From Promethearchaeota archaeon (GTDB taxonomy: Archaea > Asgardarchaeota > Lokiarchaeia > Sigyniarchaeales > SOKP01): a DNA stretch of 64,000 nucleotides. Both the position numbers and the translations under genes were made by a program. Below are positions 28,971 to 39,149 of the stretch, in pieces. A model generated the notes under the pieces. That model worked only from the letters and a program-made list of their open reading frames with translations. It searched no databases and had not been told where the DNA came from. Location of the stretch: NCBI GenBank assembly GCA_016839705.1, contig JAEOTR010000006.1, positions 1 through 64,000 of the forward strand, read 5' to 3'. Numbering within the stretch: the first letter of the stretch is position 1; every line of letters begins with the position of its first letter.

Positions 28971-31900
28971 TTAGTCTAATTCTACTGGTATAATAATCCC
29001 TTTTCTTTTTAGGGAGATAATGGTGCTTATTATTTCATCTCTCGATGCTTTTCTTCCCGCTAAACCAAAGTTTAAAAGACTAGATATAAAGAAGAATTTT
29101 CTCTCTTTCTGAATTTGTTCAGCGACTTCTGCAAGAGCTTTTTCTAAACCCTTTAGTTTTATTACTCCATAATGCTTTCCTAATTGAAGTGGATAGACAA
29201 AGGTAACATTGAAATATTTTTCAATTAAATCATCAGTAATTCTAAAGGGGGTAATATCACCTTTGAAATTCGTAAGTTCAGTTTCAAATCTTCTCTCAAA
29301 ATGTTCTGTAAATGCTCCTTGGCTTTCTTTTAATTTTTGTGAGGGACTGCCATCTAGTATCAAAGCTACTCGAACATAATCACCATCTGTTATAATAATT
29401 TTAAAGTCATAATAATCCATTTCAAAACCCTTCCCCTTTGTTAAAGCAGTACTATCCTTTTTTATTTCTGTCCTGAATTGCGAAATCGCTTGTAGAAACC
29501 CTGATATTAAATCAGAATCTAAGCCTTCTAAAGAGATTTGTTTATCATAGAGTGAGACTCCGCCTTCTTTATCCAATATCATAATATATGCTATCTTTAA
29601 CAAATCATCTAAGATCATCGCTTCTCCTGCCCAAGTTCTCCTTTGTTTCGAATGTTTAAAGTGCCTTAATGAAACAAATGTAATAGCCGCGAGTAATCCC
29701 CCTAATATATAAGGTAAATACCTCATAAATTGTTCCATAAAAAGTGTAAACTCACTTACAATTTTGATATATCCTGAAATAACTTCTGCACTTGTGTACA
29801 ATCCTTCTTCTGCAAACCTTGCTCGAATAGAATACCTAGTACCCGTACTCGCAAAATTTAGGGAGGTAGTTGCTATCCCTTGATCATTTGATATAGCCGT
29901 AGCTTCATATATTGTAATATTATTTGCATTTAAAATCTCAAAGATTACCTCAATATTTTCTAATGGTTTGCCTCCTGGTTCAAGTACTCTTATTGAAAAA
30001 AACTGAGTTCCTGTCATATATTGTGATGCCGGATTTTCAATGAACTCTATTAAAGGTATTATTTTAAAACGTTCATAGGTTCCGTTTACATCAAATCTAA
30101 TTGCATGCCATAAAGAAGTTACTTCGAATTCAAAAAATCCTTGGTTGATTTCTGCATTATCAATATCCGCTTCCCAAATCCCTTTGCCAATTCCATTGTC
30201 AGTCACATCTACCCCAAAGTTTTTTAAGCCAATATCAGAAGGAGTTAAAGTGTTGCTATTTATTCCTAAACCCAGAGACGAGGAAATATCTGAAGTAATA
30301 GCATTTTGGATGTAGAAATTAACACTAAATTCATTGATAGAAACATTAAATCCCACATCATCCGAGTTGTTTGTAGTATAGACTAATATAAAAAATGCTT
30401 CATTATCTTGTGTTTCATTTAAAATATTTAAAAAGATCCATGTAAAACCCGCATCAAATTGAAGAACATCAGTAGTTTCATTCATATGAGCGAATTTTCT
30501 AACATCACTCATTAAAATCCACTCACCCTCATTAGTTTCATCATCGAGGATGTCAAACGATGCATTTCCTTTGTAAAGTGCTAAAGCTGCCAAGTCAAGA
30601 TTATCTGGTTTACTAACATTAGAAGTTATTCTTATATCCATTAAAGGGACTATTGGATTTGGATATGAAGCAATCCAATCATAATAATCAATATCCCAGA
30701 AGGAACTATCAAGTTCGTTTAAAACGTTGTAAGTAAGGAAGAATGATATCGTATCATTATTGGCCTGTGCTTCGTAATAATCATTATCAATAAAATTCAA
30801 CGATTCAATGTCTTGATCCCCAAATGGAGCGCTTGTTCCATTGAAAACATTTACACTATTTGTAAAATACAAGTCTTGAACTAATGGATCATGAGGTTGT
30901 ATCGAATCAAGGTTTTCTAATTCTCCCACTTCAACCCTAAATTGATTAACAGAAACATTGAAAGGAGTACCTTTTCCAATATATTCAAGTTTAAATCTAA
31001 GAGTGTTATTAGCACTGGGTTTAAGGGGATTATTATTCATAGCATAAAGAAGCAGAAGCTTTTCTGACGGATTTCTTATTGAGAAATAAAGTGTTGATTC
31101 AGTTGCCTGAACTATATCATAATCAAGAGGAACCCATTTATTCGCTGTCATTCCTGCTTTGTAATTATATATCGAAATGTTGGCAGATTGAATATGTTGA
31201 ATATCAGAAACATTAACTGTTAAGTAGAAATCAAAACTAAAAATAAATTTATAGTGCTCATATATCCACTCAAGACTCTTTGACCGGAAAATTAACTCCC
31301 AAAAGGTATAAGGTGAATTTTTTAATTCTTGGAGTTCAAAAGTAACATCAATAGTAACATTGTTAGCATCACCAGCTATATATCTATCATCATCATCTTG
31401 AGTAAATGAATTAATATCTCCACTATAATAAGTCCCATTTGCGACCTGTGATGTCATTACATGGTTAGTTGTATAATCATCAAAAGAAAAATCAGGGGAT
31501 ATAGCAAAAGTTGTACCTTCTCCTAAACCATCATTTTCCTCATCATCGGGATTAAAATAAAGGAATTTAGGACCTCCTCCTGTTGGTGAATCATCCTGAG
31601 GTATTTTTATTCTGAATGCAAACCAATATTTTTCAGTTCCTTGTTCTAATGTCATATTTGTTTTTGTAATATCTAAAAATACCGGACCTGAATCTGAATC
31701 TTCAAAATCAAAAACTTCCCAGTGGGCAGCAAAAACTAATGGGTGAGCTTTTTCTAGAATTCCCAAAGTAATTACCGTATTTGGGGTTCCCATTATATCG
31801 TTGGAACAATTTACAATCGCAACTTCCCATGAATTCTCATCTGTAAATGAGCTAGGATTATTAATGTCCTGAATTAGAACACTAACATTGTTTACATATT

Positions 31901-32297
31901 GACTCATTTCTATCGAGAATTTTTGATAGATATAAGTTGAACCTGAACGAGAACTAGAAATAAATTCTGAGAAACCATCTTCGATGTATCTTGTATAGTT
32001 TATTGCAGTAATATTCTCAAAATCCATTTTAGCATGCGAAATATTATAATTTGGGATATAGATACTAGGTTGGATGTTTAAATTGGATTGTTCTCGATTG
32101 ACGTAGCAATAATTGTTAATCCATGTAAAATTATCGAAAATTTTTCCTGTACGATTAATTGCTTGAGGATATAGGTTATTTAGATTTTGACTGGAGTCTG
32201 ATGTGTTATTGCTTGACGAGTTTGAATTATAGATTGGTATTAAAACAAATGTAATTAAGAAAAGGGGTAAAAAAATTTTGTTTTTAATTGTTTTCAT
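28971..32297 (-). CDS. Large single-pass surface protein with cytoplasmic longin + wHTH-like tail
   Basis: Signal peptide, ~830-aa sequon-rich ectodomain, TM YLPYILGGLLAAITFVSL, then IMILDKEGGVSLY...LISGFLQAISQF...F.GD..PF longin pattern. Confidence 0.8.
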   Translation of the reverse strand: MKTIKNKIFLPLFLITFVLIPIYNSNSSSNNTSDSSQNLNNLYPQAINRTGKIFDNFTWINNYCYVNREQSNLNIQPSIYIPNYNISHAKMDFENITAINYTRYIEDGFSEFISSSRSGSTYIYQKFSIEMSQYVNNVSVLIQDINNPSSFTDENSWEVAIVNCSNDIMGTPNTVITLGILEKAHPLVFAAHWEVFDFEDSDSGPVFLDITKTNMTLEQGTEKYWFAFRIKIPQDDSPTGGGPKFLYFNPDDEENDGLGEGTTFAISPDFSFDDYTTNHVMTSQVANGTYYSGDINSFTQDDDDRYIAGDANNVTIDVTFELQELKNSPYTFWELIFRSKSLEWIYEHYKFIFSFDFYLTVNVSDIQHIQSANISIYNYKAGMTANKWVPLDYDIVQATESTLYFSIRNPSEKLLLLYAMNNNPLKPSANNTLRFKLEYIGKGTPFNVSVNQFRVEVGELENLDSIQPHDPLVQDLYFTNSVNVFNGTSAPFGDQDIESLNFIDNDYYEAQANNDTISFFLTYNVLNELDSSFWDIDYYDWIASYPNPIVPLMDIRITSNVSKPDNLDLAALALYKGNASFDILDDETNEGEWILMSDVRKFAHMNETTDVLQFDAGFTWIFLNILNETQDNEAFFILVYTTNNSDDVGFNVSINEFSVNFYIQNAITSDISSSLGLGINSNTLTPSDIGLKNFGVDVTDNGIGKGIWEADIDNAEINQGFFEFEVTSLWHAIRFDVNGTYERFKIIPLIEFIENPASQYMTGTQFFSIRVLEPGGKPLENIEVIFEILNANNITIYEATAISNDQGIATTSLNFASTGTRYSIRARFAEEGLYTSAEVISGYIKIVSEFTLFMEQFMRYLPYILGGLLAAITFVSLRHFKHSKQRRTWAGEAMILDDLLKIAYIMILDKEGGVSLYDKQISLEGLDSDLISGFLQAISQFRTEIKKDSTALTKGKGFEMDYYDFKIIITDGDYVRVALILDGSPSQKLKESQGAFTEHFERRFETELTNFKGDITPFRITDDLIEKYFNVTFVYPLQLGKHYGVIKLKGLEKALAEVAEQIQKERKFFFISSLLNFGLAGRKASRDEIISTIISLKRKGIIIPVELD

Positions 32298-32451
32298 TAC
32301 TCAAATCCTCATTATACTTTTAAATCAAAAAATTACTCTAGTTATAAATGATGGATCATACATTTAAAACTAGTTTTTCTAATGTAATAGAGAAAGCTTA
32401 AAATTTGCATCTCTAATACATAAAATTAACCTAATTATGAAGTTTTATATA

Positions 32452-32976
32452 TTAGTAATAATCTAGATTAAATCTACCTTTAATAATATCAAAAAGGAAT
32501 ATTCCAAGGGTTGCTAAAATCACTTCAGAAATAAATACATATAATAAATTCAACCATATAGGAAGTCCAAAACTAACATACAGAATTGTAGCAACATATA
32601 TTGAAATAATGATTGAATAAAGCACGCCTCCTAAATATTTTAGAAATTTTCTATTCCTGAATATAATGATGCAATACAATGCCGGTATATTTACAATGCA
32701 GCTAATCAAATCTATCGCACCCAAGGGTGAAGTGAGATTAACAAAAAAAACACCTAAAACATTCCCAAATAATCCCTCATAAGGGAAAATAATACACATT
32801 CCAACTATTAATTCAGCTACACGAAATTGTAGCTCTAAAAAACTTATCGGTTGAAATATATAGCCTAAGGCAGTATATAAAGCAGCGGTTATTGCTATCA
32901 AAGCCACTTTTAGACTAACACTCACTTTTTTAATGCTTTCAAATTCTTTTTCATCTCTAAAAGATTCATTTGTCAT
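32452..32976 (-). CDS. queT: QueT-family transporter (ECF S-component)
   Basis: AALYTAL, PISF..LQFRVAE, NL.SPLG.ID. Confidence 0.85.
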   Translation of the reverse strand: MTNESFRDEKEFESIKKVSVSLKVALIAITAALYTALGYIFQPISFLELQFRVAELIVGMCIIFPYEGLFGNVLGVFFVNLTSPLGAIDLISCIVNIPALYCIIIFRNRKFLKYLGGVLYSIIISIYVATILYVSFGLPIWLNLLYVFISEVILATLGIFLFDIIKGRFNLDYY

Positions 32977-33010
32977 ATCTTAAAACCGTAAAAGTATTGA
33001 TAGTCTGTTC

Positions 33011-33044
33011 TTAAATGTTAATTAAATAAATACTTAACATTTAA
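33011..33044. promoter_or_regulatory. 11-bp perfect inverted repeat flanking a TATA-like element upstream of queT
   Basis: TTAAATGTTAA-N12-TTAACATTTAA. Confidence 0.35.
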
Positions 33045-33129
33045 TATTTACTTCCTATATTTGATCTTGTCTAAGTTGAAAAAGATTCTATTAAAAATAA
33101 TAATACTACTAATTAAAAAAGAAAAAAAA

Positions 33130-34971
33130 TTAATATAGATCAGTTATTACAAATCCTAAATTGAGATCTTTCAAGGTTTCTTCTAATGGATACGCACTTT
33201 CAGGATTCCATCCCATCTTTTCGCAATAACTTTTATAATCTGCAAGATAATCTATGCCAACCGCTCTTGAGGGTAATTTATTGTTAATAATGTCAATACC
33301 CTCTCTCAATGTAAATGCTTGTCTAAGGGTTTGAATTCTTAATCCAGTCTTGACTAATTCATCAATTGTAATATCCCAGCCCACTACTCCAGTAATTAAT
33401 TCCAGAAGAGGATATTTTTGAAATGAAGTAGCAAACTCGCATAAACCAAGGCTGTTTAAACTCTGCCAAATTCCAACAACCAACTTTTCTGCCTCACTCC
33501 TATTTTCACCAGAATTTGTATATCCTTCTGGTAAAGCAAATCCCTCAAATAATCCATTAGGTTTCCCTATTGGACCATATGAGCCAAAATCCAGTGTTGG
33601 TGTAGTATGTCTGCCTGGTGTAGGATCAAACGCGAAAGTTGCTCCCATACTCTTATAAAACTTTGAAGAATGCATTCCAAGTTCTTGACCCCCTGAATGA
33701 ATCGCGTACTCATGGCTCCCGTTTCCTATTTTTTCTGAAGCAATTTTTACACCATCTGCTAAAATATCTCCAATACCTTCACGATCTATCATTTTTTTCA
33801 CAAGTTCTACTATTGCTGATGAATTTCCCCAATTTAATTCAAGACCATCAGTCTCATCTTTGTTGATGATACCATTTTCAAAACACTCAATAGCAAAAGC
33901 AACTGCAGTCCCCGCTGAAATTGTGTCTATCCCTGCACGGTTGCATAAATCATTTATAGTAAATATCGACATTAAGTCATCATTTAACAACATAGGTCCA
34001 AAAACTGCACACGTTTCATATTCCGGGCGATGAGTTTCTTCAAGTCCTACTTCGGAAACTTTCATTATCGCACCACAATGCACTGGACATGAAAAACAAC
34101 CATAAGCTTTCTGTTTATATTTGGCTATTTCCATACCTGAGATTTTATTTTGACGTTCAGTAGGATAATCTTCTTTCGCGGTTCCACCCCAATTTTTTAC
34201 CGGCGTATCTCCCATTTGAACCATCATAGTATTACCTGCGGTAGTTCCTAATGTTTTGAATATTTGGGTTATTCCACCCTTGCTTTCTTGTATTTGTTGA
34301 TTATATTCTTTTGTGTGTTTTGAAAGTAAATCTTTATCTGCAAGAGAAATTTTATTATTTCCTTTAAGTACTATTGCTTTCAAGTTCTTAGAACCCATAA
34401 CAGCACCTAATCCAGATCTTCCTGCAATTCTCGCTTTATCATTAACAATACCAGAAATGAGAGATAAATTTTCACCTGCTTGACCAATACTCGCAACTTG
34501 AATTTTTCCATGTTTTTCAGTCAACTTTTCTTCTGTTTGAACAACATCTAAGCCCCATAGATCAGTTGCATCAATTATTTGTTTATCACCATCAATAATT
34601 GTGATATATTTAGGAGTATTTGCTTTTCCTTTGATTAATATCGCATCAAAACCGCATTTTTTAATTTCTGGTCCAAAATACCCACCACAGTTTGAGTCAC
34701 CCCACGTTCCTGTTAAAGGAGATTTTCCAGCAACCATAAATCGTCCTGTCAAAGGAGCGATAGTGCCAGTTAATAACCCTGGGAAGAATCCGAAAATAGA
34801 ATCTGAGCCCAAAGGATCTGTCTTCGCTGGCATGTGTTCATATATTAACTTAGCTGCTAAACCATAACCTCCTAAATATGAACGATAATATTCTTCAGGT
34901 AAGCTCTCTTCTTTAAAAGCTCCCTCCGAAAGATCGATCCATAAAATTTTTCCAAAATAACCATTTGTCAT
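33130..34971 (-). CDS. aor: Tungsten-dependent aldehyde:ferredoxin oxidoreductase family protein
   Basis: YLGGYGLA, KSPLTG, GRSGLGAVMGSKNLKA, CFSCPVHC, PEYET, GIDTISAG, LGLC. Confidence 0.93.
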   Translation of the reverse strand: MTNGYFGKILWIDLSEGAFKEESLPEEYYRSYLGGYGLAAKLIYEHMPAKTDPLGSDSIFGFFPGLLTGTIAPLTGRFMVAGKSPLTGTWGDSNCGGYFGPEIKKCGFDAILIKGKANTPKYITIIDGDKQIIDATDLWGLDVVQTEEKLTEKHGKIQVASIGQAGENLSLISGIVNDKARIAGRSGLGAVMGSKNLKAIVLKGNNKISLADKDLLSKHTKEYNQQIQESKGGITQIFKTLGTTAGNTMMVQMGDTPVKNWGGTAKEDYPTERQNKISGMEIAKYKQKAYGCFSCPVHCGAIMKVSEVGLEETHRPEYETCAVFGPMLLNDDLMSIFTINDLCNRAGIDTISAGTAVAFAIECFENGIINKDETDGLELNWGNSSAIVELVKKMIDREGIGDILADGVKIASEKIGNGSHEYAIHSGGQELGMHSSKFYKSMGATFAFDPTPGRHTTPTLDFGSYGPIGKPNGLFEGFALPEGYTNSGENRSEAEKLVVGIWQSLNSLGLCEFATSFQKYPLLELITGVVGWDITIDELVKTGLRIQTLRQAFTLREGIDIINNKLPSRAVGIDYLADYKSYCEKMGWNPESAYPLEETLKDLNLGFVITDLY

Positions 34972-35017
34972 TTAAAGTTAAACCTTTTCTTGTTAATAGT
35001 TCGTAGTTCCCCTAATT

Positions 35018-35033
35018 TTTACAATATTGTAAA
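35018..35033. promoter_or_regulatory. 16-bp perfect palindrome, putative operator of aor
   Basis: TTTACAATATTGTAAA, ~16 nt downstream (minus strand) of a TATA-like ATATATAT at 35049-35056. Confidence 0.45.
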
Positions 35034-35185
35034 GAAAGAGAATACATGATATATATGATTAATTGTAGATTATTTTAATCACTTAAAAAGAAATTTATTT
35101 TAACAGATAAGTTAAATTCTTTTCTTAGAAAAACCTATAATACCTTTTCAATCAACTACGTTAGATATTTGAATAATTTTGAAAT

Positions 35186-36076
35186 TCAGTCAGGGATTGT
35201 ATTAAATTCACCATTAGGGATGCCTAAGGATTCCAAAATCCTCTCAGCATTACCCATGATGTTGTCGATAAGATCTTTTAAAGGAATTATCTTGTTGTTA
35301 TACCCTACTGCAGGGGAAGGAACGCTAGTACCCCCTAATTTTAAATGATAAAGCCTTTTATGATAATCTTCTGAAAAAATGTCTGTTTTTAACCAACTTT
35401 CCTTTTTATCATTTGATAGGGGACTTTCTTTAGTAACTAATATTGCTGTTCCTAAACAAATCGCTTCTGCACCCATAGCTAATGCGCCTAAGATACCACG
35501 AGCGTCTCCTATTCCACCAGCTGCTATTAAGGGAACTTTTAAAACTTTCCTACCCACTGTTAGATTAACAAGAGTTGAATGTTGATATGGATTCTTATAT
35601 CCTGATGATTCCATACCCATAAGGGTTATAGCATCTGCCCCTGCTTTTTCCACAGAAATTGCATGCCTTAGTAATGGGACTTTGGGAAACCAATAACAAC
35701 CAGCTTCATGAACCCTTTTTCCAATATAAAGTGCTTGATAAGAAGAGGTTGTAAATATTTCTACTCCAGCATCTATCGCAATTTCGATATATTTTAAATA
35801 TTCTTCTTTTTTTACATCAGCATCCGTTCTGCCACGAGGACGATCAATTGTCAAATTTACTCCAAAAGGCTTATCAGTTAACTCTTTCATTTTTTGGAGT
35901 TCATTTTTAAAATTTTTGGTATCATAATTAAGTGCCGCGATGGTTCCAAAACCCCCTGCATTTGAAAACGCCGCAGCAAATTCAGTTATACCATGCCTCC
36001 AAAATGCTGCCATTATCAAAGGATATTTTGTCTTAGTTAATTTAGTAATCCGTGTTTTCCATATCATTAAAACCAC
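35186..36076 (-). CDS. Nitronate monooxygenase/FabK-like FMN enzyme
   Basis: YPLIMA, SNAGGFG, TDKPFGVN, PLIAAGGIGDARG..ALAMGA...GT. Confidence 0.85.
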   Translation of the reverse strand: MVLMIWKTRITKLTKTKYPLIMAAFWRHGITEFAAAFSNAGGFGTIAALNYDTKNFKNELQKMKELTDKPFGVNLTIDRPRGRTDADVKKEEYLKYIEIAIDAGVEIFTTSSYQALYIGKRVHEAGCYWFPKVPLLRHAISVEKAGADAITLMGMESSGYKNPYQHSTLVNLTVGRKVLKVPLIAAGGIGDARGILGALAMGAEAICLGTAILVTKESPLSNDKKESWLKTDIFSEDYHKRLYHLKLGGTSVPSPAVGYNNKIIPLKDLIDNIMGNAERILESLGIPNGEFNTIPD

Positions 36077-36167
36077 CTTAAACTACTTTGATATTTCAAA
36101 AAGTAGTAATTGTAAAAAATTTTATTATTGAATTTTATAAACTCATAAAGTCAAAGAAATAAATTCG

Positions 36168-37148
36168 TTAGATGGGGTTTGATATTTCATTAATTTTTCG
36201 CTTTAATTCCTTATAATGACTCGGGTAGAATATTTTAAAAATTCTAAGCCAATCAATGCCAATTAATCCTCCTGCGAAAAAACTTAGAAGGTAACCTAAA
36301 TTCACTACAAACTCATGAGTTAAAAATTCTTTAGGTATGAAATCATTCCCATAAATTACCATCAGGAAAGAGATGCTGGTCAGCAGCAATCCAAATGGAA
36401 AGATATTTAATTTAGGATGCTTAAAAAAGTGAAGATCATCTTTAGTAATAGAATTGAAAGCAGATCTAGTAGATCCCTTCTTTTCTATAGGCTTGTTTAC
36501 TTTCTCAAGAAAATTTAGTTGAGTTAGATCACGAAAATCTCGAAATGCAAAGAAACTCCCAAAATAGATAAAAAAGTACAAGAAAATCATAATTATTGCT
36601 AAATACAATTTATACTCCCTCCAAAAAATTTCAAATTGTATCATATTAAATCGTATAATATAAAACGGAATACTTAGTCCTAATAAAATAATACCTAAGA
36701 AGCTCTCATGTAGGTGATACTTTCCTATAAAGTTTCCTTCAAATTTTACAGAAATTTTTCTAATATAATGAATAATAAAAAGAACTATTCCCGGTGCTAC
36801 CATTGCTACTGACAAATAAAATATTATTTCTAGGAAATTGATTAGACTACCAGGAAATAGTTTAAGTCCCAGAGTATTCTGCAAATGCAGTAAATTCCAT
36901 GCTAAAACACCAAAAATAACAAAGAAAAGAAACATTATTCGATAAATTTTGATTTTGATTGCAAAAATTAGAATAAGAAAAAAGAAACTTGAGGAAATTA
37001 GGATGTTAGCTTTACTCAATATTAATTCCAAAGAATTAGGAAAATAAATCTGTTTTGAAAGAAAATAATCTAAAAAAGAGAAAAAAATTAGAGTTAAGAA
37101 ACTCAAAAGAACCACTAACTTTACAGCTATTTTTATGCTTCTTCTCAT
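36168..37148 (-). CDS. Hypothetical multi-pass membrane protein
   Basis: About 8 hydrophobic helices, YHLHES motif. Confidence 0.7.
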   Translation of the reverse strand: MRRSIKIAVKLVVLLSFLTLIFFSFLDYFLSKQIYFPNSLELILSKANILISSSFFFLILIFAIKIKIYRIMFLFFVIFGVLAWNLLHLQNTLGLKLFPGSLINFLEIIFYLSVAMVAPGIVLFIIHYIRKISVKFEGNFIGKYHLHESFLGIILLGLSIPFYIIRFNMIQFEIFWREYKLYLAIIMIFLYFFIYFGSFFAFRDFRDLTQLNFLEKVNKPIEKKGSTRSAFNSITKDDLHFFKHPKLNIFPFGLLLTSISFLMVIYGNDFIPKEFLTHEFVVNLGYLLSFFAGGLIGIDWLRIFKIFYPSHYKELKRKINEISNPI

Positions 37149-37328
37149 TAAAATGTATAAAATTAAATACTATTTATAGTGAATTAATTTCAATTAAATC
37201 TCAAAGAAGCAAGTCAAATTATTGAAGTCTAGGATATACCTATTCTTGGAGCCTTTATAAAAGAAAACACAATTATTTAACATAATAAGAAATTAGGAAA
37301 TAAAAAAAATAAATTGGTAATCCATTAA

Positions 37329-38144
37329 TTAACTTTTCCTTTTTTTAATTATATAAATCAAGGTTATAATGATTCCCATAGAAGCATTCAACAAAATTGG
37401 AAGTTCAAAGCCAGGAATCGCTGCAGTTGTAGGCAATTCTATAGAAAATTCATAAATTATATTTGTCTCATTGTCTTTAATTTGATACCCTATCCAGGCA
37501 CCATAAGTTTCATCATAAGTCCATGTTTCTGTACAATTTTCTAAATATTGATCCATAACTAGAGGATTAAAAATAGCGTCTCCCTCTTCAGCATTATGAA
37601 CAACTGTATTACCTAAATTTTGCCATTTCGGAGCCCAAGTAATTTCTTCTAAATATTGATCCACAGGAGTGGGTAATTGAGCAAAATAAAGTGCTCCATT
37701 ATAGATAGTAGTATTCTGAATCCAAATTAAATTTGTCCTCCATGTAATATTCGTTGGACCATAAAAACTATGAACATCATAACCAGTAATATCTGGAGTT
37801 TCTCCAAATTCTCCTAAAGTCCAGTCCCAGTTATCTGTTGTGTAGTTTACCGCATCTTCCCCAAGCCAAGATATACTAAAATTAACAGCCGTTACAAGAG
37901 ATTTTTTTCTGGCACCTTCCTGTAGAGCTCCGGAGCCAAATAATCCTTCAAAAAGCCCAACATAACCTGTTCCAAATAAATCTTCCATACTTTGGTTGTT
38001 TGCAGTTTTTACTATCAATATCTTCTGATCTCCGGGTGCCCCATGAAATGTATAAGTTCCAACTTGGGAATTAGCTGGTGGGGTAATTAATATCGTCATA
38101 CTTACCATTAAAAGGAATGATATCATTAATTTTGGTTTATTCAT
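37329..38144 (-). CDS. Secreted/surface glycoprotein with IPGF-TM-basic C-terminal sorting signal
   Basis: N-terminal signal peptide, C-terminal IPGFELPILL...IIKKRKS. Confidence 0.8.
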   Translation of the reverse strand: MNKPKLMISFLLMVSMTILITPPANSQVGTYTFHGAPGDQKILIVKTANNQSMEDLFGTGYVGLFEGLFGSGALQEGARKKSLVTAVNFSISWLGEDAVNYTTDNWDWTLGEFGETPDITGYDVHSFYGPTNITWRTNLIWIQNTTIYNGALYFAQLPTPVDQYLEEITWAPKWQNLGNTVVHNAEEGDAIFNPLVMDQYLENCTETWTYDETYGAWIGYQIKDNETNIIYEFSIELPTTAAIPGFELPILLNASMGIIITLIYIIKKRKS

Positions 38145-38308
38145 TTTAAATCATTTTTTATTTTTATGTAGAAAGGCTTGTAATTAATCTATATTTTAAC
38201 TGGTTTCTATATAAATATTCCTATAGATCTAATATTGATGTATCTAATTGGATTTAGTGCATAAAATGAATATTTATATTAAATTACTGTGTTTGAGAGC
38301 CTTATCAA

Positions 38309-39124
38309 TTGAAAAAATTAATTAATAAACAACGGGTAACTAAAATTATGAAATATATTTCACCAGAGAATAATCTTGAAATTTATTATAAAATTAGTGG
38401 AAATGAAAATAACCCCAAAATGGTATTAATTCACGGTCTTTTTTTAAATAGCGATTGCTGGAGGGAACAGCTGAAAACTTTTGAAGACAAATTTTTTATT
38501 CTCCGTTTTGATCTTCGTGGTCATGGAAGGACAACAAAACCAAAAAAACGCTTTACTATTCGAAATTATGTAGATGATATGTACAGTTTATTAACACACC
38601 TAAATTGGACAGAAAACCTTTACCTTGTTGGGCATTCTCTTGGGGGAATGGTTGCCCTTGTATACGGGCTTGAAAATCCTTCTAATATTAAAAAAATGGT
38701 TGTAGCAGATAGTTTTTGTTTTATTAGCCAAGAAGCAATTACCGACGTTTTAGGTCGAGTAAATAACTCCAAGCTTGAAAACTTCGCATTAGGTATAAGC
38801 ATAAGAGGTTTATCTCCTTATGATAAAGACACCGCAAAATTTGTAGCAAAAATAGTGACCGATCATATGACAAAAAAGGACTGTCTTAGTGCTACCGCGG
38901 CTTCTGCGGGATTTAATGTTTGCGAAAACTTAAAATCATTAAATATTCCGGTATTGGTTTTAGTCGGCAAAAAAGATATTACCACTCCTGTGTGGGCAAG
39001 TGAAATGATTCATGAATGGCTACCCCATTCAGAATTAGTAATTCTTCCGGATGCAGGGCATCTGACAATTTTAGATCACCCGGTAGAGTTTAATAACCAA
39101 GTAATTTCATTTTGGGAAAAGTAA
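38309..39124 (+). CDS. Alpha/beta hydrolase (PcaD-like)
   Basis: LIHG, FDLRGHG, GHSLGG nucleophile, G.KD..TP, AGH. Confidence 0.9.
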   Translation: MKKLINKQRVTKIMKYISPENNLEIYYKISGNENNPKMVLIHGLFLNSDCWREQLKTFEDKFFILRFDLRGHGRTTKPKKRFTIRNYVDDMYSLLTHLNWTENLYLVGHSLGGMVALVYGLENPSNIKKMVVADSFCFISQEAITDVLGRVNNSKLENFALGISIRGLSPYDKDTAKFVAKIVTDHMTKKDCLSATAASAGFNVCENLKSLNIPVLVLVGKKDITTPVWASEMIHEWLPHSELVILPDAGHLTILDHPVEFNNQVISFWEK

Positions 39125-39149
39125 GAAGTTGTTTGTTAGAAATAATTAA

